This document shows, piece after piece, positions 34,632-45,200 of a stretch of DNA of 64,000 nucleotides; positions within the stretch are counted from its first letter, which is position 1; each line of letters begins with the position of its first letter. A program made the position numbers and the translations under genes. This DNA comes from a virus (taxonomy: Duplodnaviria > Caudoviricetes). The DNA is taken from the IMG/VR virus record IMGVR_UViG_2933953506_000002, positions 51,775-115,774 of that record; one strand, given 5' to 3'. Below the pieces are notes generated by a model. That model was not told the origin of the DNA. It saw only the letters and a program-made list of their open reading frames with translations, and searched no databases.

Positions 34632-34936
34632 TCTCCCTCGTCGACGGACTGCCAGACGACTCCCAGGTCCGCTCCGCCCCTGCTGGGGGCTGGACCAAGG
34701 TCCTGGAACTCCTGGCCCTGATCGTCGACGAAGTCGGGCTCCTGGCCGCAGACAAGCGGCGTGAGGAGCCGACCCACGTCATCCGCCCGCCCCGCTCCAG
34801 CAGCGCAGGGCGCCAGCGCGGCGGTTCCGCACCGCCGCCAGCGCAGCCCCCACCGGAGCAGCAGGCGCCCCGCATGACCGGCCACCGGCAAATGCTCATG
34901 GCCGCCATGCAGAGAGGAATGATCCGCAGTGGCTGA
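34107..34936 (+). CDS. Tail assembly chaperone, -1 frameshift product (gpGT-like); slip at ~34490-34497
   Basis: The -1 frame reads ETLSVGRLLRERFADVEADLSRYHRID...RRLISLVDGLPDDS to TGA 34934-34936. Confidence 0.8.
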
Positions 34937-37900
34937 GGGCCTGCAGGCCGGTCGCCTCGACGTGCCGGTCGTCGCCGACCTTGCAGGCTTCGCAGCGAAG
35001 CTCCGCACCGAGGTCGAATCGGCCGCCGAGGGGCTGGCCGCCAAGATCAAGGTGGAGGTCGACGCCAAGGGGCTGCGACGCCGCCTCAAGGACGTCGTCA
35101 AGGAGGCGTCCAAGGGCGTCACCGCCACCGTCAAGGTCAGGGTCGACGAGGAGCGGTTCCGCGCCGAGATCGACGGAATCCGCCGCCGTCTCGACGACGC
35201 CGACCTCAACCTCCCCGTGCGCCCCAACGGCGACGGGGACGGGGAGCGTAGAGGCGGACTGCTCAGCGGTCTGCGGAACCTGATCACCGGCGCCCAGGGC
35301 GAGGCCGACCGGAACCCGGTCAACGTGCCAGTGCAGATGCGCATGCCCGGCCGCGGCCGCGGTTCACTGCGGATGCTCGGCATCGGCGCGATCGTCTCCC
35401 TGCTCGAGCCCGCGGTCGCCCTCATCGGCCAGTACGGCGCCGGCCTCACCGCGCTCGTCTCAGCGGCCGCGCCCGCGGTCGGTGTCCTCGGCGCGATACC
35501 CGGGCTGATCGCCGCGGCAGGCTCCGCGGCGATCGGGACGAAGATCGCGTTCAGTGGGTTCGGCGAAGCGCTCAAGCAGTCGGCGGCCGCGCAGCAGATG
35601 CTCGCGCGGGACGGCAAGGTCACCGAGGCGCAGCAGAAGAAGCTGCAGGAGGCGCTGGACAAGCTCTCTCCGTCAGCCCGCGACGCCGTCAAGGCCGTCT
35701 CCTCGCTGCAAGGGGCGTGGAGCAAGGTCCGCATGTCGGTCAGCGACCGGTTCTTCTCCAAGGTCGCCGACGACATCAAGCCCCTGGCGAAGTCAGTCTT
35801 TCCGCTCCTGGAAGACGCCCTCGGCGACTCCGCCGCCCAGATGGGCAGCCTCGCGGAACGTGGCGCCGAGGCCATGCAGACGGGTCCGTTCCGCAAGGAC
35901 TTCAAGACCATCGCGTCGACGAACTCGCGGGTCCTCGGGCACCTGACAGACAGTCTCGCCAACGTGGGGTCCGCTACCAAGGACTTCCTGGTGGCGAGCG
36001 GGCCGTTCGTCGAGCGCGTCGCCCGCGGCGGCGAGCGGATGACCCAGTGGTTCCGCGCCTCCGTGAAGGCAGGCCGGGAGACCGGCAGCCTCGCCAAATT
36101 CCTCGATCACGCCGGAGACAAGGCCGCTCAACTCGGCCGCACGACCGGCAGCCTGATCGCGGGTTTCGGTGGCGTCGGCCGGGCCGCAATGGACACCGGC
36201 AATGCGCTGCTCAACGGCCTCGAAGGCAGCATGCTGCGGTTCGAGCGCTGGGCCAACTCGGGCGCAGGCCAGAAGGCCATGCAGCAGTTCTTCTCCGACG
36301 CTGCGCCGGTCATCCACGAGGTCAACGCCCTGTTCGGCGACCTCATGCGCGGGATGGGCCGGTCCATGAAGGACGGCGGAATCCTCGACCTGGTCCGCCA
36401 GATCCGCACCGAGCTGATGCCGGCCTTGGGCACCTTCTTCAGCGCCCTCGGACAGACCGTCGGTCCGGCAGTCATCTCCGTCATCTCGAACGTCGCCACG
36501 GCGATCGGCAACCTCTCGGCGGCCGGCTCCGGGCTTGGGGTCCTGCTCGTGGCGTTCAGTGGACTGCTGAACGTCTTCAACACGTTGATGAGCGTCATTC
36601 CCGGCGCGAACACCGTGTTGGCGACCTTCCTCGGCACGATGCTCGCCCTCAAGGTGGTCACGGCCGTCGGGAACATGGTCCGCTCTTTCGGTACCTCCGT
36701 CACGGCCGCGGGCACCTCCGTGCGTGGACTCGGAACGACGATGCGCGGCAGCCTAGGCCCCGGCGTCCTTGGCCCGCAGATCACCATGTGGCAGCGGATG
36801 GGCCTCGCCTACTCGGGGGCCGCAGCGCAGGGGAACCGCTTCACCGGAGCCATGCGCGGGATCGGCGCGGCCAACCGCGTCGCCTCCCGGGCCATCGGTG
36901 GTATCACCTCGGCCCTAGGCGGCCCGCTCGGTATCGCGCTCGCCGGCGTCACTATCGGTCTCGGTCTCCTCGCCTCACGGCAGGAAGAGGCGGCCCGCGC
37001 CACTCAGGCCCACAAGGAGCGCGTGCAGTCCCTCACGGACGCCTTGGTCGCCTCCGGTGGCGCGATCGACGCCAACGTGAGGGCCCAGGCCGCTCAGCTC
37101 CTACAGGACACGGAACTGGCCGACGGCAAGGGCAAGTTGGTCGACATGATGTCCAAGGCGGGCGTCAGCCTCGGTGAGCTGACGAACGCCTATCTCGGCC
37201 AGGGCACGACCCTCGACGCCCTGCAGAAGGACCTTCAGTCGACGGCCGACGCGCACAAGGTATGGGTGACCACCGCGTCCGGTGCCGCGCAGGCATGGGA
37301 CGACGAGGGCCTCGCAGCGATCCGCGCGAGGGATGCTCTCGGCACTGTGAAGGGCGAGCTCGGGGACGCCGCGAAGAAGCACAAGGAACTCGCCGACGCC
37401 ATCAACAACTCCGGCACCACCGGCAACTCCGCTTACGACCGTCTCGGTGCGGCCGTGCAGACGTTCGGCGACAAGACGAAGTCGGCGGACGAGCGGGTCA
37501 ACGCCCTCAAGCGGGCACTGGACGCGCTCAACGGCAACACGCAGAGCTTCCACGACGCCGAGGCCCAGCTCAACGCCGTGATGCTCCAGATCGACGACAC
37601 GATGAAGTCGAACATCGAGAACGCGGACGGCTGGGGCAAGGCACTCGTCGGCAACGACAACCTGGTCGACACCTCGACGAAGAACGGCCAGACCCTCAAC
37701 AGCCAGCTCACGGAACTGCGCGACAACATGCTGGCCGTGGCGACCCGGGCGAAGGAAGCCGGGGAACAGGGCCTGATGCCCATGTCCGAAGCGATGGACA
37801 AGAGCCAGACCGCCATGGAGCAGTCCCGCGCAAAGGCCATCGCTCTCGCCAGGGACCTCGGCATCCCGAAGGAGCAGGCCAAGGCGCTCGCCGACCAGAT

Positions 37901-38978
37901 GGGGTTCGTCCCGGACACCATCACCACCCTGGTCACCGCCCAGGGAATCCCGCAGGCGACGGCCGAAATCCTCAGCCTGCGCAGCAAGCTCGAGGGCATC
38001 AAGCCGGGCAAGTCGATCAAGATTGATGCGCCCACCGCCGCGGCCCGGCAGCAGCTCGAGGCCCTCGGCTTCACCGTGACGAAGGTTCCGGGGTCCAAGA
38101 AGGTCAGCGTCACCGCCCCCACCGGCGGCGCGCGCGTGAACATCGCAGCCCTGGCCGCGGACATCGCCAACGCCCCGGACAAGAAGAAGGTGACCGTCCA
38201 GGCCATCATCCAGAAGGCCGCGGGCGACCTCAAAAGTGTCCAGGAGAAGGTCGCGGGCCTGCCCAAGGGCAAGAGCATCGACGTCAAGGCACCGACGAAG
38301 ACCGCACAGCAGGCGCTGAAAGACCTTGGATACAAGATCAAGACCGTCGACGGCTCGAATGGCAAGACGGTGAGGATCACCGCCCCGACTGCGTCGCCGC
38401 TGGCCAATGTGCAGCGCATCCAGGGAGCGATCAACGGCCTCACCGGCAAGACCGTCAACGTCACGGTGCAGTACACCGAGTCAGGGAAGCCGGCCGTCGT
38501 ACGGACGCACGCGGACGGCGGCATCGTGCACTACGCCAACGGCGGCATCCGCGCGGCGACCAACCGCATCAAGGCGTTCGCGGCCGGGGCTGAGCGGCAC
38601 ATTGCGCAGATCGGGCGGCCGGGCGAAATGCGCATATGGAATGAGCCGGAGACTCAGGGGGAGGCCTACATCCCTCTGGCCCCCGGCAAGCGCAAGCGCA
38701 GCGAGGCCATCCTCCAGCGCGTTGCGCAGATGTTCGGCGGACAGGTCGTGTACTTCGCTCAGGGCGCCCTCCGCCAGTACGCGGCCGGCGGCGTGCGCAG
38801 CTCCAGCCTGACCACGACCAGGCCCCGCGCGAGCACCGCCCCGGCGTCCACTCCGCTCGTCGGCGGTGACCTGAACCTGAACATGACCAGCGCCCCCACA
38901 AGCCCGAGCCAGGCATTGGGCGACGCGATGTTCGAACTGCGCCGCATCAAACTGGGAGGTGCGTATGCCTCTGGCTGA
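34929..38978 (+). CDS. Tape measure protein
   Basis: 1349 aa, Ala/Gly-rich and helical, HADGG / WNEPETQGEAYIPL C-terminal motifs. Confidence 0.93.
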   Translation: MAEGLQAGRLDVPVVADLAGFAAKLRTEVESAAEGLAAKIKVEVDAKGLRRRLKDVVKEASKGVTATVKVRVDEERFRAEIDGIRRRLDDADLNLPVRPNGDGDGERRGGLLSGLRNLITGAQGEADRNPVNVPVQMRMPGRGRGSLRMLGIGAIVSLLEPAVALIGQYGAGLTALVSAAAPAVGVLGAIPGLIAAAGSAAIGTKIAFSGFGEALKQSAAAQQMLARDGKVTEAQQKKLQEALDKLSPSARDAVKAVSSLQGAWSKVRMSVSDRFFSKVADDIKPLAKSVFPLLEDALGDSAAQMGSLAERGAEAMQTGPFRKDFKTIASTNSRVLGHLTDSLANVGSATKDFLVASGPFVERVARGGERMTQWFRASVKAGRETGSLAKFLDHAGDKAAQLGRTTGSLIAGFGGVGRAAMDTGNALLNGLEGSMLRFERWANSGAGQKAMQQFFSDAAPVIHEVNALFGDLMRGMGRSMKDGGILDLVRQIRTELMPALGTFFSALGQTVGPAVISVISNVATAIGNLSAAGSGLGVLLVAFSGLLNVFNTLMSVIPGANTVLATFLGTMLALKVVTAVGNMVRSFGTSVTAAGTSVRGLGTTMRGSLGPGVLGPQITMWQRMGLAYSGAAAQGNRFTGAMRGIGAANRVASRAIGGITSALGGPLGIALAGVTIGLGLLASRQEEAARATQAHKERVQSLTDALVASGGAIDANVRAQAAQLLQDTELADGKGKLVDMMSKAGVSLGELTNAYLGQGTTLDALQKDLQSTADAHKVWVTTASGAAQAWDDEGLAAIRARDALGTVKGELGDAAKKHKELADAINNSGTTGNSAYDRLGAAVQTFGDKTKSADERVNALKRALDALNGNTQSFHDAEAQLNAVMLQIDDTMKSNIENADGWGKALVGNDNLVDTSTKNGQTLNSQLTELRDNMLAVATRAKEAGEQGLMPMSEAMDKSQTAMEQSRAKAIALARDLGIPKEQAKALADQMGFVPDTITTLVTAQGIPQATAEILSLRSKLEGIKPGKSIKIDAPTAAARQQLEALGFTVTKVPGSKKVSVTAPTGGARVNIAALAADIANAPDKKKVTVQAIIQKAAGDLKSVQEKVAGLPKGKSIDVKAPTKTAQQALKDLGYKIKTVDGSNGKTVRITAPTASPLANVQRIQGAINGLTGKTVNVTVQYTESGKPAVVRTHADGGIVHYANGGIRAATNRIKAFAAGAERHIAQIGRPGEMRIWNEPETQGEAYIPLAPGKRKRSEAILQRVAQMFGGQVVYFAQGALRQYAAGGVRSSSLTTTRPRASTAPASTPLVGGDLNLNMTSAPTSPSQALGDAMFELRRIKLGGAYASG

Positions 38979-39903
38979 GGGCGAATTCAAGCTGACGTAC
39001 AGCGCGAACGGTGTTCACCCGGGCGCCGCCTTCACCTTCGGGACCGAGCGGACGGGGTACTACCTGCTCGACGACTTCGAGGTGAAGGACACCGACATCA
39101 CGGCCGGCGACACCCCGCTCCCGCGGGAGGACGGTATCCGGCACGGCCAGGACTACACCACGGGCGCCATCATCACGTTCGAGGTCGGAGTCGACACCGT
39201 CGACGCCGGAAGCACCCTGCTTGACCGGCATGGGGCGAACTTGGACGCGGTATCGGTCATGAAGCAGGCGTGGGACGCGAAGGCGGTGCGCGACCGCATG
39301 GCCACGCCCGCAGTGCTGTCGACGACGCAGGGCGGCCGGGCACGGCGCTGGTACGGGCGGCCGCGCCAGCTTGCGAAGGCAGCGTCGAAGCTGACGCGCC
39401 AGGGGTACACGCCCGTCGTCGCCACGTTCGCCACGGCGCACACGGGCAGCTTCGACGACGTCGAGCAGAGCGTGCGCGTCGATATGGCCCCGCCCCCGCA
39501 CCGCGGCATCGTGGGCCCGCTCAAGGACCCGTTGACGATGATCGGCGAGGGAAGCGTGCGCGTCCCCGGCGAGATCGTCGTGCGCGGCAACCGCCCGGCC
39601 TGGCCGGTCATCACCATCACCGGACCGATCTCCCAACCGGTGTGCGAGTTGGTCGGCAGGTGGAAGCTGGGCCTGAACCTGACGCTCAAGGCGGGCGAGA
39701 AGGTCACCGTCGACCCGCGGCCGTGGGTCCGCACGGTCCTGCGCGGCAGCGGAAGCGTTGCGGGCCTCCTCACCAGGGGCTCACCGCTGCTCGAGGACCT
39801 GCTCATCCCGCCCGGCCGGCAGGACTTCGTACTGCGCGGCACCGACGCAACCGCCACGGCGTTCATGACGGTGGCCTGGCGCGACGCCTACGCCTACCTG
39901 TAG
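38965..39903 (+). CDS. Distal tail protein-like
   Basis: GGAGG RBS; follows the tape measure gene; WPVITITGP and WRDAY motifs. Confidence 0.8.
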   Translation: MPLAEGEFKLTYSANGVHPGAAFTFGTERTGYYLLDDFEVKDTDITAGDTPLPREDGIRHGQDYTTGAIITFEVGVDTVDAGSTLLDRHGANLDAVSVMKQAWDAKAVRDRMATPAVLSTTQGGRARRWYGRPRQLAKAASKLTRQGYTPVVATFATAHTGSFDDVEQSVRVDMAPPPHRGIVGPLKDPLTMIGEGSVRVPGEIVVRGNRPAWPVITITGPISQPVCELVGRWKLGLNLTLKAGEKVTVDPRPWVRTVLRGSGSVAGLLTRGSPLLEDLLIPPGRQDFVLRGTDATATAFMTVAWRDAYAYL

Positions 39904-39913
39904 GCCACCAGGA

Positions 39914-39944
39914 CGCGACATAAGCGCGACAGGCCCGTGATCCT
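39914..39944 (+). promoter_or_regulatory. Late-promoter-like motif CGCGAC-N19-GATCCT
   Basis: Conserved spacing, intergenic. Confidence 0.7.
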
Positions 39945-39982
39945 CCGCTGTCCACCAGGACCAGCAGCGAGGAGAAGCAGAG

Positions 39983-40957
39983 ATGGCGTGGGACAGCGTG
40001 CCGTGGTTCACCGAGGGCGGCGCCGAGCACAGCAGTGAGGTGGCGCGGCTTCTGGCGTACGCAGCGTTCGGCGGTGCGCAGGGGGTGGTCGGCTCCGGGG
40101 ACCTGGCCGTGAAGGCGCTGTCGTCGCCGGCGGCCCAGATCCAGGTACGCCCCGGAGCATGCGCGATCATCAACCGGGCCACCGGGTCGACGTACCAGGC
40201 GTACGCGGGCCGACTGCCGACGTCGGACACGGTCAACGTCGCCGGGACCGGCACGTCTGCCCGCTCGGACCTGGTCGTGGCCCGGGTCGAAAACCCGTAC
40301 TCCTACGGAGAGACCTGGCCGAACCCCTCGGACCCCGTGGTCGGGCCGTACATCTTCACGCGGATCATCTCCGGAGTGGCCAAGACGGTTACCGACGTCA
40401 GACAGGTCCGTCCCAACGACTCGGCGATCACCCTGGCCCGCATCGACATCCCCGCGAACACCTCGGCCATCACCCAAGCGATGATCAAGGACCTGCGGGA
40501 CATGGTCAGCCCTCGCCGGGACCGACGTCTCTACACCGCGTTCCCCGACAGCCTGTCAACGCTGGCCTACTCCGACAACAAGTGGCACAACTGGCCCGGC
40601 GTGGCGTCCTGGGACATCGACGTGCCGTCGTGGGCAACCCGGGCCAAGATCGTGATGACGTTCGCGGGCTTCCGCATGACGAAGGCCGACGTGTTCGCGC
40701 GGATGCAGACCAAGTTCGGCTCCCTTCTCGGGCAGGACACCGGCATCGACGACGACCAGGGCAACAACACCCGGCGTTCCACGATCGTCCTCGCGGACAA
40801 CTACGCCATCACCAGCGCGCTGCGCGGCACCACGCAGACCCTGTCCGTGCAGACGTACATGTACAAGAGCCCGACGGGCGACGTGTCCGTCGACGCCAAC
40901 ACCTCGATCATCGCCGATGTCGAGTTCGTCGAGAGCCCGGACGACGAGGAGGTGTGA
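39983..40957 (+). CDS. Minor tail/baseplate protein
   Basis: RSDLVVARVENP and LARIDIPANT..IT..MIKDLR patterns. Confidence 0.8.
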   Translation: MAWDSVPWFTEGGAEHSSEVARLLAYAAFGGAQGVVGSGDLAVKALSSPAAQIQVRPGACAIINRATGSTYQAYAGRLPTSDTVNVAGTGTSARSDLVVARVENPYSYGETWPNPSDPVVGPYIFTRIISGVAKTVTDVRQVRPNDSAITLARIDIPANTSAITQAMIKDLRDMVSPRRDRRLYTAFPDSLSTLAYSDNKWHNWPGVASWDIDVPSWATRAKIVMTFAGFRMTKADVFARMQTKFGSLLGQDTGIDDDQGNNTRRSTIVLADNYAITSALRGTTQTLSVQTYMYKSPTGDVSVDANTSIIADVEFVESPDDEEV

Positions 40958-40960
40958 GGC

Positions 40961-42184
40961 GTGGCGACCGGGTGGCGCTTCATCGCGCAGGACGCGCTCA
41001 CCGAGGAGGTGCTGGACTGGCAGGTGCCGTTCACTCTGTCCTCAAATCCGAAGCGGGATCTCTCAGGGCCGGGCGCCATGGCCGGGACCATTGATCCGGA
41101 GTACGCGCGGATGCTCGGCCCGAGCGGGGACCCGATCCTGCAGGAGTGGAGCACGAAGCTGTACCTCGAGGTAGACGGCGCGATCCGGTGGGGCGGCGTC
41201 GTCACCAAGACCGCGTACGACGGGGCGCAGGCGACGGTCAACTGTGAGGGGTTCTCGACGTATCCGCACGGCATCCCGTTCGAGGGCTACATCATCTCCG
41301 GCAAGAAGATCACGCCAAAAGACCCATACGCGGGCAAAGATAAGAATCACGACGGATACATTGACGGATCGAACCCCAAGCGGAAGGTGCCCAAGCCCCC
41401 CAAGTCGTACGGCGGCCCCCGCATCGACGTGTATGACGCCTTCCGCAAAATCTGGTCGCACGTCCAGTCGAAGCCCAACGGGGATATTGGCCTGGTCATC
41501 GACTCCCACGACAAGGGGGAGCTGCTGGGGACCGCCGACGGCGAGGACCCGTGGGAACTCGCCTGGTGGGACGCACCCGACTGTGGCCAGACCCTCGACA
41601 CCATGGTCAATCAGTTCATGTTCGACTGGATCGAGACGCACGCCTGGAAGGACTCGACCAGCAACACCATTACCCACCGGCTGAGGCTGGGCACGCCCCG
41701 ACTCGGCCGCAAGCGCACCGACCTCCGGTTCGCGCAGGGCGAGAACATCGCCGCCATCGCCAAACCCGAGGGCATGGGTGAGGACTACGCCAACGAGGTC
41801 ATCGTCCTGGGGCGCGGCGAAGGCCAGAAGATGAAGCGCATCCAAGTGGCAGACCTCTCTTCCCACGGCTGGTCACAGGGGCGGCGACTGCGCCGGGTGG
41901 CGACCGTCACCGACAAGACGCTGTCCTCGGCCGACGCGCTGCGCAAGAGGGCATCGAAGGAACTCGCCGGCCGCACGGCCGCCCTCCAGATCCCCGCCAT
42001 CCAGATCATCGACCACCCCAACGCCCGGTTCGGGTCCTGGTCCCTCGGCGATGACATCCGCGTCCAGGTGCACGTCCCGTGGGTCGGGGACATCGACGTA
42101 TGGCACCGCATCATCTCCGACGAGATCAGCGCGGACGGGTTCATCACCCTCACCCTGAAAAGGTCCGACAGCTTCCACTACTAG
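40961..42184 (+). CDS. Minor tail protein (hub/Tal-like)
   Basis: LSGPG, WGG, LRFAQGENI and GEGQKM patterns of actinophage minor tails. Confidence 0.8.
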   Translation: MATGWRFIAQDALTEEVLDWQVPFTLSSNPKRDLSGPGAMAGTIDPEYARMLGPSGDPILQEWSTKLYLEVDGAIRWGGVVTKTAYDGAQATVNCEGFSTYPHGIPFEGYIISGKKITPKDPYAGKDKNHDGYIDGSNPKRKVPKPPKSYGGPRIDVYDAFRKIWSHVQSKPNGDIGLVIDSHDKGELLGTADGEDPWELAWWDAPDCGQTLDTMVNQFMFDWIETHAWKDSTSNTITHRLRLGTPRLGRKRTDLRFAQGENIAAIAKPEGMGEDYANEVIVLGRGEGQKMKRIQVADLSSHGWSQGRRLRRVATVTDKTLSSADALRKRASKELAGRTAALQIPAIQIIDHPNARFGSWSLGDDIRVQVHVPWVGDIDVWHRIISDEISADGFITLTLKRSDSFHY

Positions 42185-42190
42185 CCAGGA

Positions 42191-42221
42191 CGCGACACTA
42201 ACCACCTGGACCGTTGACCAT
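42191..42221 (+). promoter_or_regulatory. Late-promoter-like motif CGCGAC-N19-GACCAT
   Basis: ATG 42230 lies 8 nt downstream with no RBS. Confidence 0.7.
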
Positions 42222-42229
42222 CCCGCGCC

Positions 42230-45200
42230 ATGGTCAACTTCCTGGACGGTCAGTCAGACGCCAAGCGCTTCGCTGCGCTCCTGGCTGACTATGACCGGCG
42301 CCTGAAGGACCTCGAGCGCACCTCCAAGGCCGCGTACACCAGCGTCGAGGGCGGCACCCTCGACATCTACACCGAGGACGGGACGCTCGCCGGATCGGTC
42401 GGTGTGCAGCCGGACGGCGGGATCGCGCTCGTCCCCGAACCCGCGGCCGCCGCCGCGCCCCCTACGCCCGGCGCCCCGACGGTGACGTCGGCACTGTCCG
42501 GCCTCACCGTCACCTGGGATGGCTGGTGGGACGACTCCAACGCCCCGCCGACGGACTTCGCCGCCATGCAGGTGCATGTCGGCGCGGCCGCCGACTTCAC
42601 CCCAGACGCCACCACGCTCGCCGCGGCCATCGTCGACGTCACCGGCGGCAGTGTCTCCCTTGCGCTGGAGGGCTATGACGAGCGATGGATACGCCTCGTC
42701 GCCCTGAACACCGCGGGCCTCGTCAGCGCCCCATCCGTGGGCGTATCTGGCAAGGCGCGGCAGGCCGTAGAGCAGGACCTGGTCGACGGGATGGTCACCG
42801 AGGTCAAGCTCGCCGAGAGCGCAGTCACTCAGGCGAAGATCGCCCTTGGAGCAGTAGGGGCGGCCGCCCTCGCCGATGGCGCGGTCCTGGAGGAGAAGCT
42901 CGCCAAGGCCGCGGTCACTCTCGGGAAGATCGCGGACGGCGCCGTCACGATCAACGCCCTCGGCGGCGCGCTCAGCGACAGTGCAGCACAGCGCTACGTC
43001 GACGCGATGGGCGACCCGGCGGCCTGGACCGTCAACGCGCAGGGCACCGGCGCCACCTGGACCCACAAGTCCGGAATCGCCGACGCTCCTACCGGACAGA
43101 CCGTCGGCGAGGCCGCGGGCTTCGCCCGGCTGCTCGGGAACACGGTCATCCCGTACGAGCCCGGCGTCCTGTACCGGCTCAGTGCCCGTGTCCGCCTCAC
43201 GGCCGGCGCCTCCAACTCCTTCTATATCGGCGTCGCCGGTATCGCTGCCGACGGCGTGACCCTGGTCAACCGCGACGGAGTCCACGGCAGCGCGAACTCG
43301 CACTACTACGTCGCCGCGTCAGGCAAGGCCATCGCACAGGCCGACGGCTGGGTGCAGGTCATCGGTTTCATCAAGGACCGGGCCGCGGCCGGGGTGAGCG
43401 GTTCGGCCGGACCGAACAACGACCCCCGGGCCGCGGGCCTGGCGCACGCCGACGTCCGGTTCATCGCGCCGTACATCTGGCTCAACTATGCGGGCCAGGG
43501 AACGACGTCGACGAGCGTCATGCAGGTCGACTGTGTGACCCTCGAGGCCCTCAAGACGGGCATCGTCGACTCCGTAAATCTGGTGGCCGGATCGGTCACC
43601 ACCGCGGCGCTCGCCACGGACTCCGTGACGGCCGGGAAGGTCGCGGCCGACGCGATCAGCGCCCGAGAGCTGCAAGCGAACTCGGTCACGGCGCAGGAAC
43701 TCGCCGCGAACTCCGTCACCGCGAACGCCGTGGCGGCCGGCGCCATTACGGCCGAGAAACTGACCGTCGTTGGCGGGACGAACATCCTGCCCGACCCCAG
43801 CTTCGAGGGAGCGGTCGCCGCCTCCCTGGTGGTGGGCCTGTCGTACGCCTCGCAGGACAAGACGCGCGGCAACGGCTCGGCCGCCTCCCTCAAGATCGAC
43901 TCTCGGTCCGCCACCGCCGTGTTCCGGGACATCCCGCTCACCCTGATCCCGTGCCTGGCCGGTGACCAGCTCCACCTCGCCACGGATTACTACCTCTCCG
44001 CGGACTGGGCGGGGTCCTCCGTCAACATTCACGCCCGCTGGGAGGACGCCGCCGGAGCAATCCTCGGCTACGGCGTCATCGGCACGACCACCGTCGTACG
44101 GGAAGCATGGACTCGGCTCGCCGGCACGACCACTGCCCCGGCCGGAACCGTACGGGCCGCAATCCGACTTCAGGCCGCCAGCGCCACCGCGGGCGACGCC
44201 TGGTTCGACAACGCCGCGCTACGCCCCCTCGTGCCAGGCGTGCAGATCGCGGACGGGGCGATCACCGCACCGAAGATCCTCGCCGGGGCGATCACGACGG
44301 ACAAACTCGTCGCCCTGGCCGTGACCGCCGAGAAGATCGCGTCACTCGCCATCACGACGGACAAGCTCGCCGCGCTCGCGGTGACCGCGGACAAGCTCGC
44401 CGTGAACAGCGTGACGGCTACGAAGATCGCCGCCGGAGTCATCGACGCCACCCACATCAAGGCTGGCTCCCTGACCGCCGACCGCCTATCCCTTGGCACC
44501 GACGGAAACCTGATCGCCGACCCCTCGTTCGAGGGAGCCGTGTCCGCTCAACGGGTAGCGGGGAGCACGGCCTGGACCGTCGTCGCCGGAGGAAACGGCA
44601 CGGCGCAAGCCCTCCGCGTGAACGCGGCGTCGCCCCCGGACATGCTGCTAGTCGGTCCGATTCCCGCAGTGCCGGGCCAGAAGATGTATCTCGCGGTCGA
44701 CTACTTCGCGTCCACCGACTGGGTGGGCGACCGCATCAGCATTTACGCGGAATGGCGCGACGCCTCGGGCACTCCGCTGGACGCCGCTGTCATAACCACC
44801 GGCACGGGCCTGGCGACCCTGGGCGCCTGGACTCGTATCTCTGGAGTCTCTGCGGTAGCTGCGCCCTCGGGCACAACACAGGTAGTTGTTCGCATCAAGT
44901 CCGTCACGTCAACGGCTGGCAGCGTGCTGTGGGACAACGCCGACGCCAAGTTCGTGACCGCCTCCGGCTTCGCTGGGGCACGGGCAGAGCTGTCGCCCAT
45001 AGGGCTGCAACTGTTCGACGAGGCGGGTGAGGAAGCCGTCGCGCTCCTGACCGGGCGCCCCAACTACCTCACCCTCTCCGCTGACGGCGTTCCCGTCGCC
45101 ACGATCGACCAGGAGGGCAAGGCAGGCTTTCAGGCGATGGCCATCGCCGACGGCCTGACCATCGGCGGCGACGACCTACTCACGATCCTCGACCAGCGGC

